From assembly GCA_947166275.1 (NCBI GenBank), contig CAMVDP010000005.1:842-64841 (forward strand): a stretch of DNA of 64,000 nucleotides, given 5' to 3'. This DNA is from an uncultured Clostridia bacterium. GTDB lineage: Bacteria > Bacillota > Clostridia > Oscillospirales > Ruminococcaceae. The first letter of the stretch is position 1; each line of letters opens with the position of its first letter. The translations under genes and the position numbers were made by a program. A model generated the notes under the pieces. The model searched no databases. It saw only the letters and a program-made list of their open reading frames with translations, and was not told the origin of the DNA. Shown piece after piece: positions 28,903 to 39,740 of the stretch.

Positions 28903-29133
28903 TCACTGTACATCGATGCGTGTAAATCTCTTCACGCTGCCATCACCTGCCGACTCATTCCACATTTCAGCAGGTCTCACCCACACTCCGCCGTCTCCAT
29001 ACAGCGCACGATACACCACCATCGGTTCGAGCGTCTCCGAATGGCGCGCGATGCCTGTCACTTCATACTCATTTCCCTTGAAATGGCGGTATTTCCCCAC
29101 AGGTATCGCCACCAGCGCTTCCTCATACGTCAT
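28903..29133 (-). CDS. DUF1653 protein
   Basis: GKYRHFKG..Y.V…ARHSET.E..VVYRALYG…WVRP. Confidence 0.9.
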   Translation of the reverse strand: MTYEEALVAIPVGKYRHFKGNEYEVTGIARHSETLEPMVVYRALYGDGGVWVRPAEMWNESAGDGSVKRFTRIDVQ

Positions 29134-29205
29134 GGTATCTCTCCTTTCAGCAAAAAAAGAAAACCCCATTCCTCTCGCATCGCAAGGAATGGGGAAAGCT
29201 GACGT

Positions 29206-29502
29206 TTATTCGATGTTCAGCAGATCAACGAAACCAGTCACTTCAAAGATCTCCATGATAGCTTCATTAACTCCCTTAACAACCATATTTCCCTGCTTAT
29301 TCATTACCTTCTGTGCAGAGAGCAATACGCGAAGTCCTGCCGAAGATATGTACTCAAGACCGGATATATCGATAACAAGATCCGAAACCCCGTCGAGAGA
29401 CTGCTTGAACTCTGTCTCAAGCTGTGGCGCAGTAGTAGTATCGAGTCTTCCGTCAACAGCTATTTCAAGCTTATCTCCGTTTTTATTCTTGTTGATATTC
29501 AT
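29206..29502 (-). CDS. STAS anti-anti-sigma factor
   Basis: GRLDTTTA, LEYISSAGLRVL. Confidence 0.92.
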   Translation of the reverse strand: MNINKNKNGDKLEIAVDGRLDTTTAPQLETEFKQSLDGVSDLVIDISGLEYISSAGLRVLLSAQKVMNKQGNMVVKGVNEAIMEIFEVTGFVDLLNIE

Positions 29503-29544
29503 AACAATTCATCCTTTCTTTAAGACCAGATTGTGTATGATTTA

Positions 29545-29573
29545 ATTATATAGCATTATACACTTAAAGTCAA
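29545..29573 (-). promoter_or_regulatory. Sigma-A promoter
   Basis: TTGACT-N17-TATAAT. Confidence 0.7.
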
Positions 29574-29604
29574 TAGAAATATCAAAAATAATCAGAAAAC
29601 CCGG

Positions 29605-30369
29605 TCAAAAAAGCTTTGCACGCATCTGTGCAGCAACGAACGCACCCTCACGCGCCTGACCGTTCTCCTTCGGGTGAAGCCCGTCACGCAGATATCTGCC
29701 TTCATCGCCAATGACTTCAAACTTCTCGCATATCCCACAGCCATGGAAGCAATCGATCAGCTGCACGCTCATACCGCCTGTTATCTTCGCAAAAACCTCG
29801 GATATCTTTCTTTCATTCTTTGCGTTGTGCTCCGGGTCAGCAGCCTGTATCGGCGTAAGCACGAATATCCGAGCCTCGGGGAAGTTCTCCGCTATCGTCT
29901 GTATGCACCAGCGCATAGCACCCGCTTCAGTGAAAAGATCGACGGCCGGGTTATCAGTGAGCGACTTGCCGCACAGGGCCTTTTCGGGTATCCCGAGACA
30001 CGCCGTGTCATCATTCGTACCCATTGCGAAAGCAAATACATCCGGCACAGGTGCCTTCCCGGACTTTACATCAGCGAGAAAGCGCTGAACATGGACGACT
30101 GCGCAGTTGTTCGCACGCTTCTGGAGCTCTTCCGCATCATCAGTCTCCAGCCATCCATCGCTTATCCCCGCAAAGTCAGGGGAATCATAATCCTGCGTTG
30201 TCACGCTGCCGCTTTTGACAGCTATCGTGCGCTTGTACCACACCGATGAGCCTACCGCCACATTATAGTGCGACGCGAAGCCAAGTGTTTCGAATACGTG
30301 ATGCGACCACTGTGCGCCTGCGGTGATGCTGTCACCATCCACCGCAAAATTCATCTTATTCACTTCCAT
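29605..30369 (-). CDS. SGNH/GDSL hydrolase
   Basis: GDSITAG, GTND, DGLHP. Confidence 0.88.
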   Translation of the reverse strand: MEVNKMNFAVDGDSITAGAQWSHHVFETLGFASHYNVAVGSSVWYKRTIAVKSGSVTTQDYDSPDFAGISDGWLETDDAEELQKRANNCAVVHVQRFLADVKSGKAPVPDVFAFAMGTNDDTACLGIPEKALCGKSLTDNPAVDLFTEAGAMRWCIQTIAENFPEARIFVLTPIQAADPEHNAKNERKISEVFAKITGGMSVQLIDCFHGCGICEKFEVIGDEGRYLRDGLHPKENGQAREGAFVAAQMRAKLF

Positions 30370-30829
30370 TTTTATTCTCCTTCGTAAAAAGTTGATTGCT
30401 GTCAAGAATTATAGTGAACGGACCGTCATTCACAAGCGAGACCGTCATTTCCGCTCCGAAAATGCCTGTCTGCACCGGGAACTGTTTTGCGCACTCCCCG
30501 GTAATATAGTCGTAGAGCGCCTCTGCATGGTCGGGAGCCCCCGCCTTGACGAACGAAGGACGGTTCCCGTGCTTACAGTCGGCATACAGCGTGAACTGTG
30601 ATATGATCAGCAGCTCTCCGCCCACATCAGAAAGCGCAAGATTCGTCTTGCCGTTCTCGTCATCGAATATGCGCAGCGCAAGCATCTTCTTTATCATCTT
30701 GTCTGCGATCTCACGCGTATCGTCCGCGCCTATCCCTACCAGTACCACAAAGCCGCCGTTTATCGCTCCGACGGTCTTTCCGTCCACGACTACCGATGCC
30801 TTTGTCGTGCGCTGGATAACAAATTTCAT
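30356..30829 (-). CDS. dtd: D-aminoacyl-tRNA deacylase
   Basis: MKFVIQR, SQFTL, GNRPSF, NDGPFT. Confidence 0.95.
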   Translation of the reverse strand: MKFVIQRTTKASVVVDGKTVGAINGGFVVLVGIGADDTREIADKMIKKMLALRIFDDENGKTNLALSDVGGELLIISQFTLYADCKHGNRPSFVKAGAPDHAEALYDYITGECAKQFPVQTGIFGAEMTVSLVNDGPFTIILDSNQLFTKENKNGSE

Positions 30830-30895
30830 AGTATCCCCCCATGTATACAGCAATATACTGCCCTCCCGCTGACGAAAGGGCAGTATCATTATATG

Positions 30896-32716
30896 TCAGA
30901 CTATTCTGAAATGACGAAGCTGGTTATCGAGCACCTGTGCCTGGCTTGCGAGTTCTTCCGAGCTTGCCGCGGACTCCTCCGCGGTAGCTGCGTTGCTCTG
31001 AACGACGCTGGTTATGCTTGTAAGTCCGTTGTTTACCGTGTTGATGTCACGAGCCTGCTGGTTGGACGAATCTGCAACCCTGCCAACAAGAACGCTGAAC
31101 TCCTGCACCGACTTGCTCACTTCAGCAAGCGACTCACTCGCGGAACGGTTGAGCTGTACGCCCTGATCAACAGCTGTCACGCAGCGTCCGATGACCTTGA
31201 CAGCATCTTTTGCGGCTTCGGCGGACTTGCTCGCGAGATTGCGCACTTCATCCGCAACAACAGCGAATCCCTTGCCCGCGTCTCCGGCACGTGCAGCTTC
31301 CACAGCAGCGTTAAGCGCGAGGATATTCGTCTGGAACGCGATATCATCTATCAGCTTCGCGATCGTCTGTATTTCCTCGGATGCCTTACGGATATCCTCG
31401 ATCGCGCTGCTTAAATTCTGCATATTGCGGTTGCCGATCTCGACATTCTGTACGGTCTGTTCGGACAGCCCTCTCATACGGTCTGTCATTTCTGCGTTAG
31501 CGGCGACGTTATCATTAAGACTCTGAACAAGATCATCTATCTCCTTGAGAGTGCTTGCTTCAGTGGTCGAGTTATCCGCAAGACTCTGCGCTCCGCTTGC
31601 AAGCGAACCTACACCGCTGTTGACCTGTGACCCCGCTTCTCTTATCGCTTCTATGGTATTTCTCAACGACAAGGATATGTTATCGAGCGAAGACTTGATG
31701 TGGTTGAAATCGCCCTCATACTCACAGCTGCTCTGTACCGCGAGGTTGCCCTGCGCCATTTCCGAAAGCATAAAGTCGATATCCTTTATGTATGCGCCGA
31801 GATTATGTATGGTCTTTTCCATTGCTTCTGAAAGCTGCTGGGTCTCATCGCCGCGGTCATTTGCGGTATACGTGCTGTCGATCTCACCGCGTGCGAACTT
31901 CTCAAGACAATCCGCTGTGGGAACGATAGAAGCCGCTATCTTCTTCGCAACACCGATGGAAACAATTACCGCGATGACGGTAAGTATTCCGGCCCACACA
32001 AGCATAGCTACCATCGCAGTCTTTCCGCCGCCGTAAATATCCGAAGCATCGGACACGAAGATAACGCCGAACTCCTTGTTATCGGTAAGCGGAGCAGCAT
32101 AGACTATGTATTTCGACATCGACCCGCCTTCATGTACAGACTTACCGCTCTTCAGCTGCGAGATCACATTCGTATAAAGCGAGTTCCCGGAAAGCGAGCT
32201 GCCGCATTCGTTCTTATTGGTGGAGATCATGACCTTTCCGGTCTCGATATTTATCAGATATCCATAGCTCGAACCGGACTTCATAATATCGGTAGCATAA
32301 TCGAAATATCCTGATTCGAGCGTTCCGACTATGACATCGCTTCCACGACCGAGCGCTACTATATTCTTATCCGATCCGGGAAGATACGCGATATTCACAT
32401 TTCCATTTCCAAGCGATCTGCTGTCGCTTAAAAAAGAGCTGTAATCGAAACCCGCATCATCTCCGAGCGTGAACACCTCATCAAAAATATCATTATCTTC
32501 ACCGGGCTCGGCATCCTTGAGTCCGCCGGGAAGATATACGCACTCTTCCTGCAGCGAGTTTACGACACTTCCTACGACCGTATTGCCGAATCTGTCAGCA
32601 AACTTTGCCTCAACGATGTTTATACCAACAGATGCCGCCAGAGCGACCGCATAACTTCCGATACCTGCACAGAGTATTCCGAGCCTTAACAGTCTTTTTT
32701 TGATAGATGTTTTCAT
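30896..32716 (-). CDS. Methyl-accepting chemotaxis protein
   Basis: [20 protein letters not shown]; 2 TM plus HAMP. Confidence 0.95.
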   Translation of the reverse strand: MKTSIKKRLLRLGILCAGIGSYAVALAASVGINIVEAKFADRFGNTVVGSVVNSLQEECVYLPGGLKDAEPGEDNDIFDEVFTLGDDAGFDYSSFLSDSRSLGNGNVNIAYLPGSDKNIVALGRGSDVIVGTLESGYFDYATDIMKSGSSYGYLINIETGKVMISTNKNECGSSLSGNSLYTNVISQLKSGKSVHEGGSMSKYIVYAAPLTDNKEFGVIFVSDASDIYGGGKTAMVAMLVWAGILTVIAVIVSIGVAKKIAASIVPTADCLEKFARGEIDSTYTANDRGDETQQLSEAMEKTIHNLGAYIKDIDFMLSEMAQGNLAVQSSCEYEGDFNHIKSSLDNISLSLRNTIEAIREAGSQVNSGVGSLASGAQSLADNSTTEASTLKEIDDLVQSLNDNVAANAEMTDRMRGLSEQTVQNVEIGNRNMQNLSSAIEDIRKASEEIQTIAKLIDDIAFQTNILALNAAVEAARAGDAGKGFAVVADEVRNLASKSAEAAKDAVKVIGRCVTAVDQGVQLNRSASESLAEVSKSVQEFSVLVGRVADSSNQQARDINTVNNGLTSITSVVQSNAATAEESAASSEELASQAQVLDNQLRHFRIV

Positions 32717-32886
32717 ATCCGATTATTCCCTTCATGTCTTATTACGATAACAGCATCCTGCTCTTAATATACGCATGGATATTATACTATAAAATATAAA
32801 ATAAATCAATATACTTTTTTCAAAATTACTATAAAATCGACAATTTTGTAGGATATGATAAATAACAGCACCTGGTTTTGTGCGCA

Positions 32887-32922
32887 ATAATACCCCTGCC
32901 GCGGAGTGCAGGGGTATTTTTT
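32887..32922. terminator. Terminator after murA
   Basis: aatacccctgc/gcaggggtatt stem. Confidence 0.7.
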
Positions 32923-34208
32923 TATATAGCCTGTCTGATATCGTCCTGAATCGTTCTCTTCACGATATCCGCGCCCATAGCGCGAAGCTTTCCGTCCATA
33001 TTGTCATATCCACGCTCGATGTGATATATATCATCGATCTCCGTTACGCCGTTCGTACTGAGTGCAGCGATTATGAGAGCAGCACCCGCACGCAGGTCGG
33101 TAGCCTTTACGGGAGCACCGGTGAGGTGATCCACGCCCTCGATGACAGCAACTTTACCGTCAACCGATATATCGGCACCCATGCGGCGAAGCTCGTCCGC
33201 GTATCTGAAACGGTTATCCCAAATGTTTTCTGTAATTATGCTTGTACCTTTTGCAAGCGTAAGCAGCGCTGTGAGCTGCGGCTGCATATCTGTCGGAAAT
33301 CCCGGATGAGGCATGGTCTTGACCTTGACTCTCTCGTATGTTCCCTGTCCTATTACTCGGACGCTTTCGTCATATTCCATGATCACGACACCGACTTTGC
33401 GGAGTACAGATGTTATAGGCTCAAGGTGCTTCGGGATAACGTTCTTTATAAGTGCGTCGCCCTTTGTGGCAGCGACTGCGATCATGAATGTTCCTGCCTC
33501 GATCTGATCGGGTATAATAGTATACTCTGTACCGTGAAGCTTGCTAACGCCTCTGATCTTGATCGTATCGGTACCGGCGCCCATTATATCTGCGCCCATA
33601 GAGTTCAGGAAATTCGCGAGATCAACTATATGAGGTTCCTTTGCGGCGTTCTCAAGAATAGTCTGACCCTCTGCCTTTACCGACGCAAGCATTGCGTTGA
33701 TAGTTGCGCCGACGGACACCTTATCGAAGTATATCTGTGTACCGAACAGCCTGTCCGATCTGATATCATACATGCCATGTACGATAGAATGTTTTGCGCC
33801 AAGAGAACGGAAGCACTTGAGATGCTGATCCATAGGTCTGTCACCGAGGTCACAACCGCCGGGCATTGGCACCTGGGCATGTCCGAATCTGCTTAAAAGA
33901 GTACCAAGGAAGTAATAGGAAGCTCTCATAGACCTTGCGAGCTCATACGGTACCGGAAGATCACGTACAGGACGCGGATCTATCATTATGGTATTGCGAT
34001 CCATCATTCTGACTTCCGCGCCGAGCTGACGCAGAATATGAAGATCGATAGCAACGTCGTTGATAGCAGGTACATTTTCAAGCACGCACGGACTGTCAGC
34101 TAAGATCACGGCAGGTAGTATCGCCACGGCAGCATTTTTCGCTCCGCTGATCTCTACCTCTCCGGTAAGCCTGTTACCGCCGTTTATTATAAAATTATCT
34201 TTCTCCAA
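32922..34208 (-). CDS. murA: UDP-GlcNAc 1-carboxyvinyltransferase
   Basis: GAKNA, MRASYY, PGGCDLGDRP, PGFPTDMQ, DLRAGA; TTG start. Confidence 0.96.
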   Translation of the reverse strand: MEKDNFIINGGNRLTGEVEISGAKNAAVAILPAVILADSPCVLENVPAINDVAIDLHILRQLGAEVRMMDRNTIMIDPRPVRDLPVPYELARSMRASYYFLGTLLSRFGHAQVPMPGGCDLGDRPMDQHLKCFRSLGAKHSIVHGMYDIRSDRLFGTQIYFDKVSVGATINAMLASVKAEGQTILENAAKEPHIVDLANFLNSMGADIMGAGTDTIKIRGVSKLHGTEYTIIPDQIEAGTFMIAVAATKGDALIKNVIPKHLEPITSVLRKVGVVIMEYDESVRVIGQGTYERVKVKTMPHPGFPTDMQPQLTALLTLAKGTSIITENIWDNRFRYADELRRMGADISVDGKVAVIEGVDHLTGAPVKATDLRAGAALIIAALSTNGVTEIDDIYHIERGYDNMDGKLRAMGADIVKRTIQDDIRQAI

Positions 34209-34597
34209 AACAATAACCTCTTGATCGGTTTATTAGGCATGAAGCCTTGGTGCCCTCACGCTTCCTTTGGGATGGGCTTTGGGGAAGAATATCGGTTCAA
34301 ATCCATTCGAGCGTCAATTCCATGCCATCGTGATACCGGGCTCCTTCCACAGACCCGCATACCCCTCAATGGTATTTATCAGTATATCACATTTTTTACC
34401 AAAAAGAAAGTACTTTTAAACAAAATCTACGTTTTCAACATATATTTTTAACAGAAAACTGCCGTTTATACACGTATAATACAGGAAAAACGCGTACACA
34501 AAAGCCTTTTGTGACAAGAAGCCGATCCTGTGAACAAAGAACGTTTTGTGCTTGTTTTTGTCTAATGTGCACAACTGTATTTTTTGCTCGCCGAGCC

Positions 34598-35674
34598 TTA
34601 TTCCTCGATCACTATAACTTCATCGTCATCTGAAGCCGAACTCTCGGTAATATGAACTGTTTCTTCTTCCGAAGTTACGGATATATCTTCAGCTGTGATG
34701 CCATCTGAATCCGGTACAGTCGTAGTATCACTGCTGTCATCCGCCTGGACGGTTTCAGCAGACGTTTCTCCACTCGATGCTTCAGTCGGCAGTGTCTCAG
34801 CGTTTACTTCCTCCGAAGTTTTCTTGGGCTTGCTCGACTTCTTGGTGGTGGTCTCTTCCGATGTGGACTCAACTGGCTCGATGCGAACTATTTCGATATG
34901 GTCGATAATTATTGAGTCGATAGGCTTGGAAGGCATTCCCGCCTTATCGTCAGACCGATTTCCGGTAACGACCTCGACCTCGGAGATCGCTCTCATAACA
35001 TCGAAGCCGTCTATCACCTGACCCATGACCGTGCTTGTCCCGTCAAGGTCGTACAGTCCGCCGACACGCTTATACTTTGCTTTTGCCTCCTCCGGGATAG
35101 CCTTGAGCTTGTCCAGGTAGTCCTGATACTTCTTCTTATCCTCGTCAAGAAGTCTGCTTGTGAACGCTTCATCTCCAAGCTGTTCCGAAAGCTTTTTGAT
35201 GACTGCATCTATATCCTGCGGGACATGGTTGTTAACAATATAGAACTGGGAGTAACAGCCCTTCTTCGATGCCGCAAGACACAGTGCGCCATAGAAGTTG
35301 TATGTCACCGGTGAAGTCTCCACGGGTATGTAAAGCGAATCGGGAACATTCCCGTCACCACCGTCGCCGTTGAGTGAACCGCCCTGTATCACGTAATCAG
35401 AGATGACTCTGTGTATCGTCTTGCCGTCATAGTATCCGAGCTCCGCATTCTCCGTGAAACGCTTAACAGCTTCCGGAGCCGCACCCGGGAACAGCTTCGC
35501 TGTGATATCCCCGTAATCTCTCACCTTGATCACAGCATAGATCTCATTGGCATTTTCTTCCTTACGTACCTCACCGAGATTGCCCGTTACAGGCTCCTCG
35601 CCGCATCCTGACACACTTATCATCATTACCGCCGCAAGTACTGCCGCAGCTGTTTTCTTCAAATTCCTCAACAT
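34598..35674 (-). CDS. Cyclophilin-type PPIase lipoprotein with acidic tail
   Basis: VSGC lipobox, YYDGKTIHRVI…IQGG, SQFYIV; alternative start 35725. Confidence 0.85.
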   Translation of the reverse strand: MLRNLKKTAAAVLAAVMMISVSGCGEEPVTGNLGEVRKEENANEIYAVIKVRDYGDITAKLFPGAAPEAVKRFTENAELGYYDGKTIHRVISDYVIQGGSLNGDGGDGNVPDSLYIPVETSPVTYNFYGALCLAASKKGCYSQFYIVNNHVPQDIDAVIKKLSEQLGDEAFTSRLLDEDKKKYQDYLDKLKAIPEEAKAKYKRVGGLYDLDGTSTVMGQVIDGFDVMRAISEVEVVTGNRSDDKAGMPSKPIDSIIIDHIEIVRIEPVESTSEETTTKKSSKPKKTSEEVNAETLPTEASSGETSAETVQADDSSDTTTVPDSDGITAEDISVTSEEETVHITESSASDDDEVIVIEE

Positions 35675-35721
35675 TTTTTCCACCGTCCCTTGAAGTTTAT
35701 GTGTACCTCCTGTACACATTC

Positions 35722-36474
35722 TCATGCTCTGTGATATTCCGTTATAGTCACATTATTGATGTAGATCGGCTCCACCGGCTCTGACAGCTCGCCGCTCACC
35801 GGTACGGAGCATATCTTCTCAATAACATCGATGCCCTCCACTGTCTGCGCGAACACCGTATATGCTCCTGTGAAATCGATCACCACGCCTTTTGCTGCGA
35901 ATGCGTCAATAAGCTCATCCGGGAGAAGCTTCTCCTCGCTCTTGTTTTTTAGCTCTCGCAGAGTGTTCATATCATCTTCGGAGAGAGCGCGTTCATTGAG
36001 CACCATGAACCTGCTGTCGCCGTACCCGGTATGGCCGTTGTATGAACAGAATGCGCCCTTGAACGGCCAAAGATTTACAGAGTACTCGTTCGCTATGAGC
36101 TGCCCGTCTTCCGTAAGCCCCGTATTGCGGTGTTCATCTGCCGCGCCAGTCATGAATATTGACTTGTCAAGCACGCAGTAAATGTCCTTACCGTTATAGA
36201 AGCCGTCTTTCGCGCGGTTCACGAAATTGCTCACCGTGTTCGGCGCGTATTCGGGATAAAGCACCGCCTTTATCGTGCCGACAGTTGTATCTATCACAGC
36301 GAGCGGAGCGCCTTCCGCAGGCTCGGAGAGCTGCACAAGCTCCATGGTGCTGTAATCATACGAGTATATCGGGTTCGGAGTCAGCCCTTCGGTGCTACCG
36401 AAGCCCATACATGCTGATGACACCAGCACTGCCGCAGCAAGCAGAGCCGCCGCTGTTCTTCTTAATGCTTTCAT
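35722..36474 (-). CDS. Cyclophilin-type PPIase-like protein
   Basis: LYPEYAPNTVSNF…GFYNG, YTVFAQ..EG.DV. Confidence 0.85.
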   Translation of the reverse strand: MKALRRTAAALLAAAVLVSSACMGFGSTEGLTPNPIYSYDYSTMELVQLSEPAEGAPLAVIDTTVGTIKAVLYPEYAPNTVSNFVNRAKDGFYNGKDIYCVLDKSIFMTGAADEHRNTGLTEDGQLIANEYSVNLWPFKGAFCSYNGHTGYGDSRFMVLNERALSEDDMNTLRELKNKSEEKLLPDELIDAFAAKGVVIDFTGAYTVFAQTVEGIDVIEKICSVPVSGELSEPVEPIYINNVTITEYHRA

Positions 36475-37886
36475 GCCTTTCGGATCACCGTTCCCTGTCT
36501 TGTTTCCTCGACAATGTAGCCCATGTCGGTTATCTGCTTCCGGAGCTCGTCAGCAAGCGCGAAATCCTTTGCCTTTCGTGCAGCTGCACGCTTTTCTGCA
36601 AGTGCCGCCACTTCCGCGGGAAGCTCTGCAGGAGCCTCATTTTTTTCAGCGAGCTTTTCTGCCGCACTTACAAGCCCGATCGAAAGTACGCTGTCAATAC
36701 GCTCGACAGCGGCCAGCTTGCTTGCCATGTCAGCATCGGACTTGAGCACATCATATACAGCAGTAACAGCCTGCGCTGTGTTGAGATCGCCATCCAGCGC
36801 GTCTGTAAAGCCCTTCAGGAGGTTCGAGACCTTTACCTCATCGGCTGCCGCGCCTTTGGAGCCAAGCAGCGGTACGATACGTGCCGCAAGCTTTTCGTAT
36901 GCGTCCTTCGCGTTATCAAGGTTCTCCCATGAGAACACGAGGTTTTTGCGGTAATGCGACTGCAGGCAGAAGAAGCGGTACACAAGCGGGTCATAGCCCT
37001 TTTCCTCCAGCAGCGACACGGTAAGGAATTCGCCCTTGGACTTGCTCATTTTGCCGTCGCCGGTGTTCAGGTGGTGAACGTGGAACCAGTACTTGCACCA
37101 CGGGTGACCGAGGTATGCTTCACTCTGCGCTATCTCGTTGGTATGGTGGGGAAACTGGTTGTCAATGCCGCCGCAGTGCAGATCGAGGTACTCTCCGAGG
37201 TGCTTCATGCTGATACATGAACATTCGATGTGCCAGCCGGGGTAGCCTATGCCCCACGGGCTGTCCCATTTGAGCTCCTGATCCTCGAACTTCGATTTCG
37301 TGAACCACAGCACAAAATCCGCCTTATTGCGCTTGTTGTCATCGGCTTCAACGCCGTCGCGCACACCTACCGCAAGATCATCCTCCTCAAAATCGTTGAA
37401 AATATAGTATTTATCGAGCTTTGAAGTATCGAAGTAGATATTCCCTCCCGCTTCGTAGGCGTAACCCTTCTCAAGAAGCGAGGTAATAACGCGGATAAAC
37501 TCGTCAATGCAGTGAGTGGCAGGCTCAACGACATCGGGAGTCTTGATGTTCAGCTTTTTGCAATCTGTGAAAAACGCGTCAGTGTAGAACTTCGCGATCT
37601 CCATTACAGTCTTGTGCTCACGCTTCGCGCCTTTGAGCATCTTGTCGTCGCCGGTATCTCCGTCACTCGTGAGATGCCCCACATCTGTGATATTCATTAC
37701 ACGCTTTACGTCAAGTCCGGTGAAACGCAGGTACTTCTCCAGTACGTCCTCCATGATGTAGGTGCGCAGATTGCCGATATGCGCGAAATGGTACACAGTG
37801 GGACCGCAGGTGTACATAGTCACCTTTCCCTCGTTGTACGGAATGAACTCTTCCTTTTTCCTCGACGCGCTGTTATAGATATACAT
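36471..37886 (-). CDS. cysS: Cysteine--tRNA ligase
   Basis: CGPTVY, HIGN, PGWHIEC, KMSKS. Confidence 0.97.
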   Translation of the reverse strand: MYIYNSASRKKEEFIPYNEGKVTMYTCGPTVYHFAHIGNLRTYIMEDVLEKYLRFTGLDVKRVMNITDVGHLTSDGDTGDDKMLKGAKREHKTVMEIAKFYTDAFFTDCKKLNIKTPDVVEPATHCIDEFIRVITSLLEKGYAYEAGGNIYFDTSKLDKYYIFNDFEEDDLAVGVRDGVEADDNKRNKADFVLWFTKSKFEDQELKWDSPWGIGYPGWHIECSCISMKHLGEYLDLHCGGIDNQFPHHTNEIAQSEAYLGHPWCKYWFHVHHLNTGDGKMSKSKGEFLTVSLLEEKGYDPLVYRFFCLQSHYRKNLVFSWENLDNAKDAYEKLAARIVPLLGSKGAAADEVKVSNLLKGFTDALDGDLNTAQAVTAVYDVLKSDADMASKLAAVERIDSVLSIGLVSAAEKLAEKNEAPAELPAEVAALAEKRAAARKAKDFALADELRKQITDMGYIVEETRQGTVIRKA

Positions 37887-37907
37887 TATAAACTATCCCC
37901 TTGATTA

Positions 37908-38033
37908 TTATTTTAAGCAGTAATAGCAGAATACCATCAACCCTATGGAAACGAGCATGATTATCCAGTTCGTTACCATTCTCTGCTTCAGCTTTTTCTT
38001 CGTTTCTTCGTGATCGTACTTTTTCTTATACAT
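37908..38033 (-). CDS. Small single-TM protein (41 aa)
   Basis: Hand translation MYKKKYDHEETKKKLKQRMVTNWIIMLVSIGLMVFCYYCLK; RBS AGGAG; overlaps ruvX stop. Confidence 0.55.
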   Translation of the reverse strand: MYKKKYDHEETKKKLKQRMVTNWIIMLVSIGLMVFCYYCLK

Positions 38034-38457
38034 GAGTATTTCTCCTGTACGCCAGATAGCTTTCAAGAATTATCGCAGCAGCAGCCGAGTCAATGACTGC
38101 CTTACGCTTCTTCCCGCGCTTGTTGAGCTCGTTCATTATCTCATGCGCAGAGACTGTTGTGCTTCTCTCGTCCCACATCTCGACTGGTATATCAAGTCTC
38201 GCTCTGAGCAGCTCCGCGAATTCGCGGCATTTCTCGCTGCGCGGCCCCCGCGTGCCGTTCATATTTACCGGGTCGCCCACCACAGCAAGCTCCGCTCCAA
38301 GCTCGGTTATCTTCACCGCGACTTTGTCCGCGCAGACATCGAATCGTCTCTCATCTATGATACAGACCGGTGTAGCTATCATTTCGAGCTTGTCACACTC
38401 TGCAATACCGGTGTGACTGTCGCCGAAATCGACCGATACTATCTTCATTCCTTCCAT
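38026..38457 (-). CDS. ruvX: YqgF/RuvX pre-16S rRNA nuclease
   Basis: VDFG…GIA, VVGDP, WDERSTT, IDSAAAAIIL. Confidence 0.93.
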   Translation of the reverse strand: MEGMKIVSVDFGDSHTGIAECDKLEMIATPVCIIDERRFDVCADKVAVKITELGAELAVVGDPVNMNGTRGPRSEKCREFAELLRARLDIPVEMWDERSTTVSAHEIMNELNKRGKKRKAVIDSAAAAIILESYLAYRRNTHV

Positions 38458-39602
38458 GCCTCCGCGACAGCCTTCGCCACGTGATCCGCAACGCGTTTAT
38501 CAAGCGGGCTCGGTATTATATACTCGGGAGCAAGCTCCTCATCGGTAATGATAGAAGCTATAGCGTAAGCCGCCGCACGCTTCATATCTTCGGTAATGCG
38601 CTTTGCCTGTGCCGACAGTGCGCCCTTGAACAGTCCCGGGAATACGAGCACGTTGTTTATCTGGTTCTTGAAGTCGCTTCTGCCGGAGCCGACTATGAAC
38701 GCACCGGCTGCCTTTGCCTTGTCGGGCATTATTTCAGGGACAGGGTTCGCCATTGCGAAAACTATCGCCTTTTCAGCCATGCTCTTCACCATATCCTCGC
38801 TTACAAGGTTCGGTCCCGAAACTCCGATGAACGCGTCAGCGCCCTTCATTGCATCGGCAAGCTTACCCTTCACAACATTTCTGTTCGTGCGGGTCTTCAT
38901 TTCCTCGTGAGCGGGGTTTTCATATGTATCGTCACGATTGATGATACCTGTTTTGTCTACCATTATCAGATCGCCGATACCGAGACTTAACAGGAACTTT
39001 CCTATCGCTGTACCTGCAGCACCCGCGCCGTTTATCACGACCGTCATATCGCCGAGCTTCTTGCCCGCGCACTTTGCTGCGTTTATAAGAGCCGCGCCGA
39101 CTACGACTGCGGTACCGTGCTGGTCATCATGGAATACCGGGATATCAAGCTGATCCTGAAGCTTGCGCTCTATCTCAAAACAACGGGGAGCCGCAATATC
39201 TTCAAGGTTGATGCCGCCGAAGCTGTCGGACAGCAGCGCTATCGTGTGAACTATCTCATCCACATCCTTGCTCTTCACACAGAGCGGGAACGCGTCAACG
39301 CCCGCAAACTCCTTGAACAGGCAGCATTTGCCCTCCATTACTGGCATTCCGGCAAGTCCGCCGATATCGCCGAGCCCGAGCACAGCTGTTCCGTCGGTTA
39401 TGACTGCCACAAGGTTCCTGCGTCGTGTCAGCTTGTATGAAAGCGACGGATCCTTCCGGATCTCAAGGCATGCCTGCGCGACACCGGGAGTGTAGGCGAG
39501 CGAGAGGTCTTCGGCTGTGTTGATAGGAGCACGGGAGATGACCTCGATCTTCCCCTGCCATTCGTAATGTTTCTCAAGTGCGTTCTTCGATAAATCCGTC
39601 AT
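38445..39602 (-). CDS. NAD(P)-dependent malic enzyme
   Basis: AYTPGV, DGTAVLGLG, FHDDQHGTA, NQINNVL. Confidence 0.95.
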   Translation of the reverse strand: MTDLSKNALEKHYEWQGKIEVISRAPINTAEDLSLAYTPGVAQACLEIRKDPSLSYKLTRRRNLVAVITDGTAVLGLGDIGGLAGMPVMEGKCCLFKEFAGVDAFPLCVKSKDVDEIVHTIALLSDSFGGINLEDIAAPRCFEIERKLQDQLDIPVFHDDQHGTAVVVGAALINAAKCAGKKLGDMTVVINGAGAAGTAIGKFLLSLGIGDLIMVDKTGIINRDDTYENPAHEEMKTRTNRNVVKGKLADAMKGADAFIGVSGPNLVSEDMVKSMAEKAIVFAMANPVPEIMPDKAKAAGAFIVGSGRSDFKNQINNVLVFPGLFKGALSAQAKRITEDMKRAAAYAIASIITDEELAPEYIIPSPLDKRVADHVAKAVAEAWKE

Positions 39603-39635
39603 TTTTGTTTATCTCCTGTTTTTGTTTATCTCCTG
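39602..39635 (-). repeat. 17-bp tandem duplication containing the RBS
   Basis: CAGGAGATAAACAAAAA x2 running into ATG. Confidence 0.85.
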
Positions 39636-39740
39636 TGCCGGTCATTCTACTTTCTGTGTTTCCGGCCGGATCTCCTTATTGACAGGCTTTTACACAGTGC
39701 TGTTCATATCACTTTTGTTTATGCACACCGCTTGCTTCTG

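Noticed and set aside
32880-33896. 338-aa plus-strand ORF
   Set aside because: Antisense shadow of murA.
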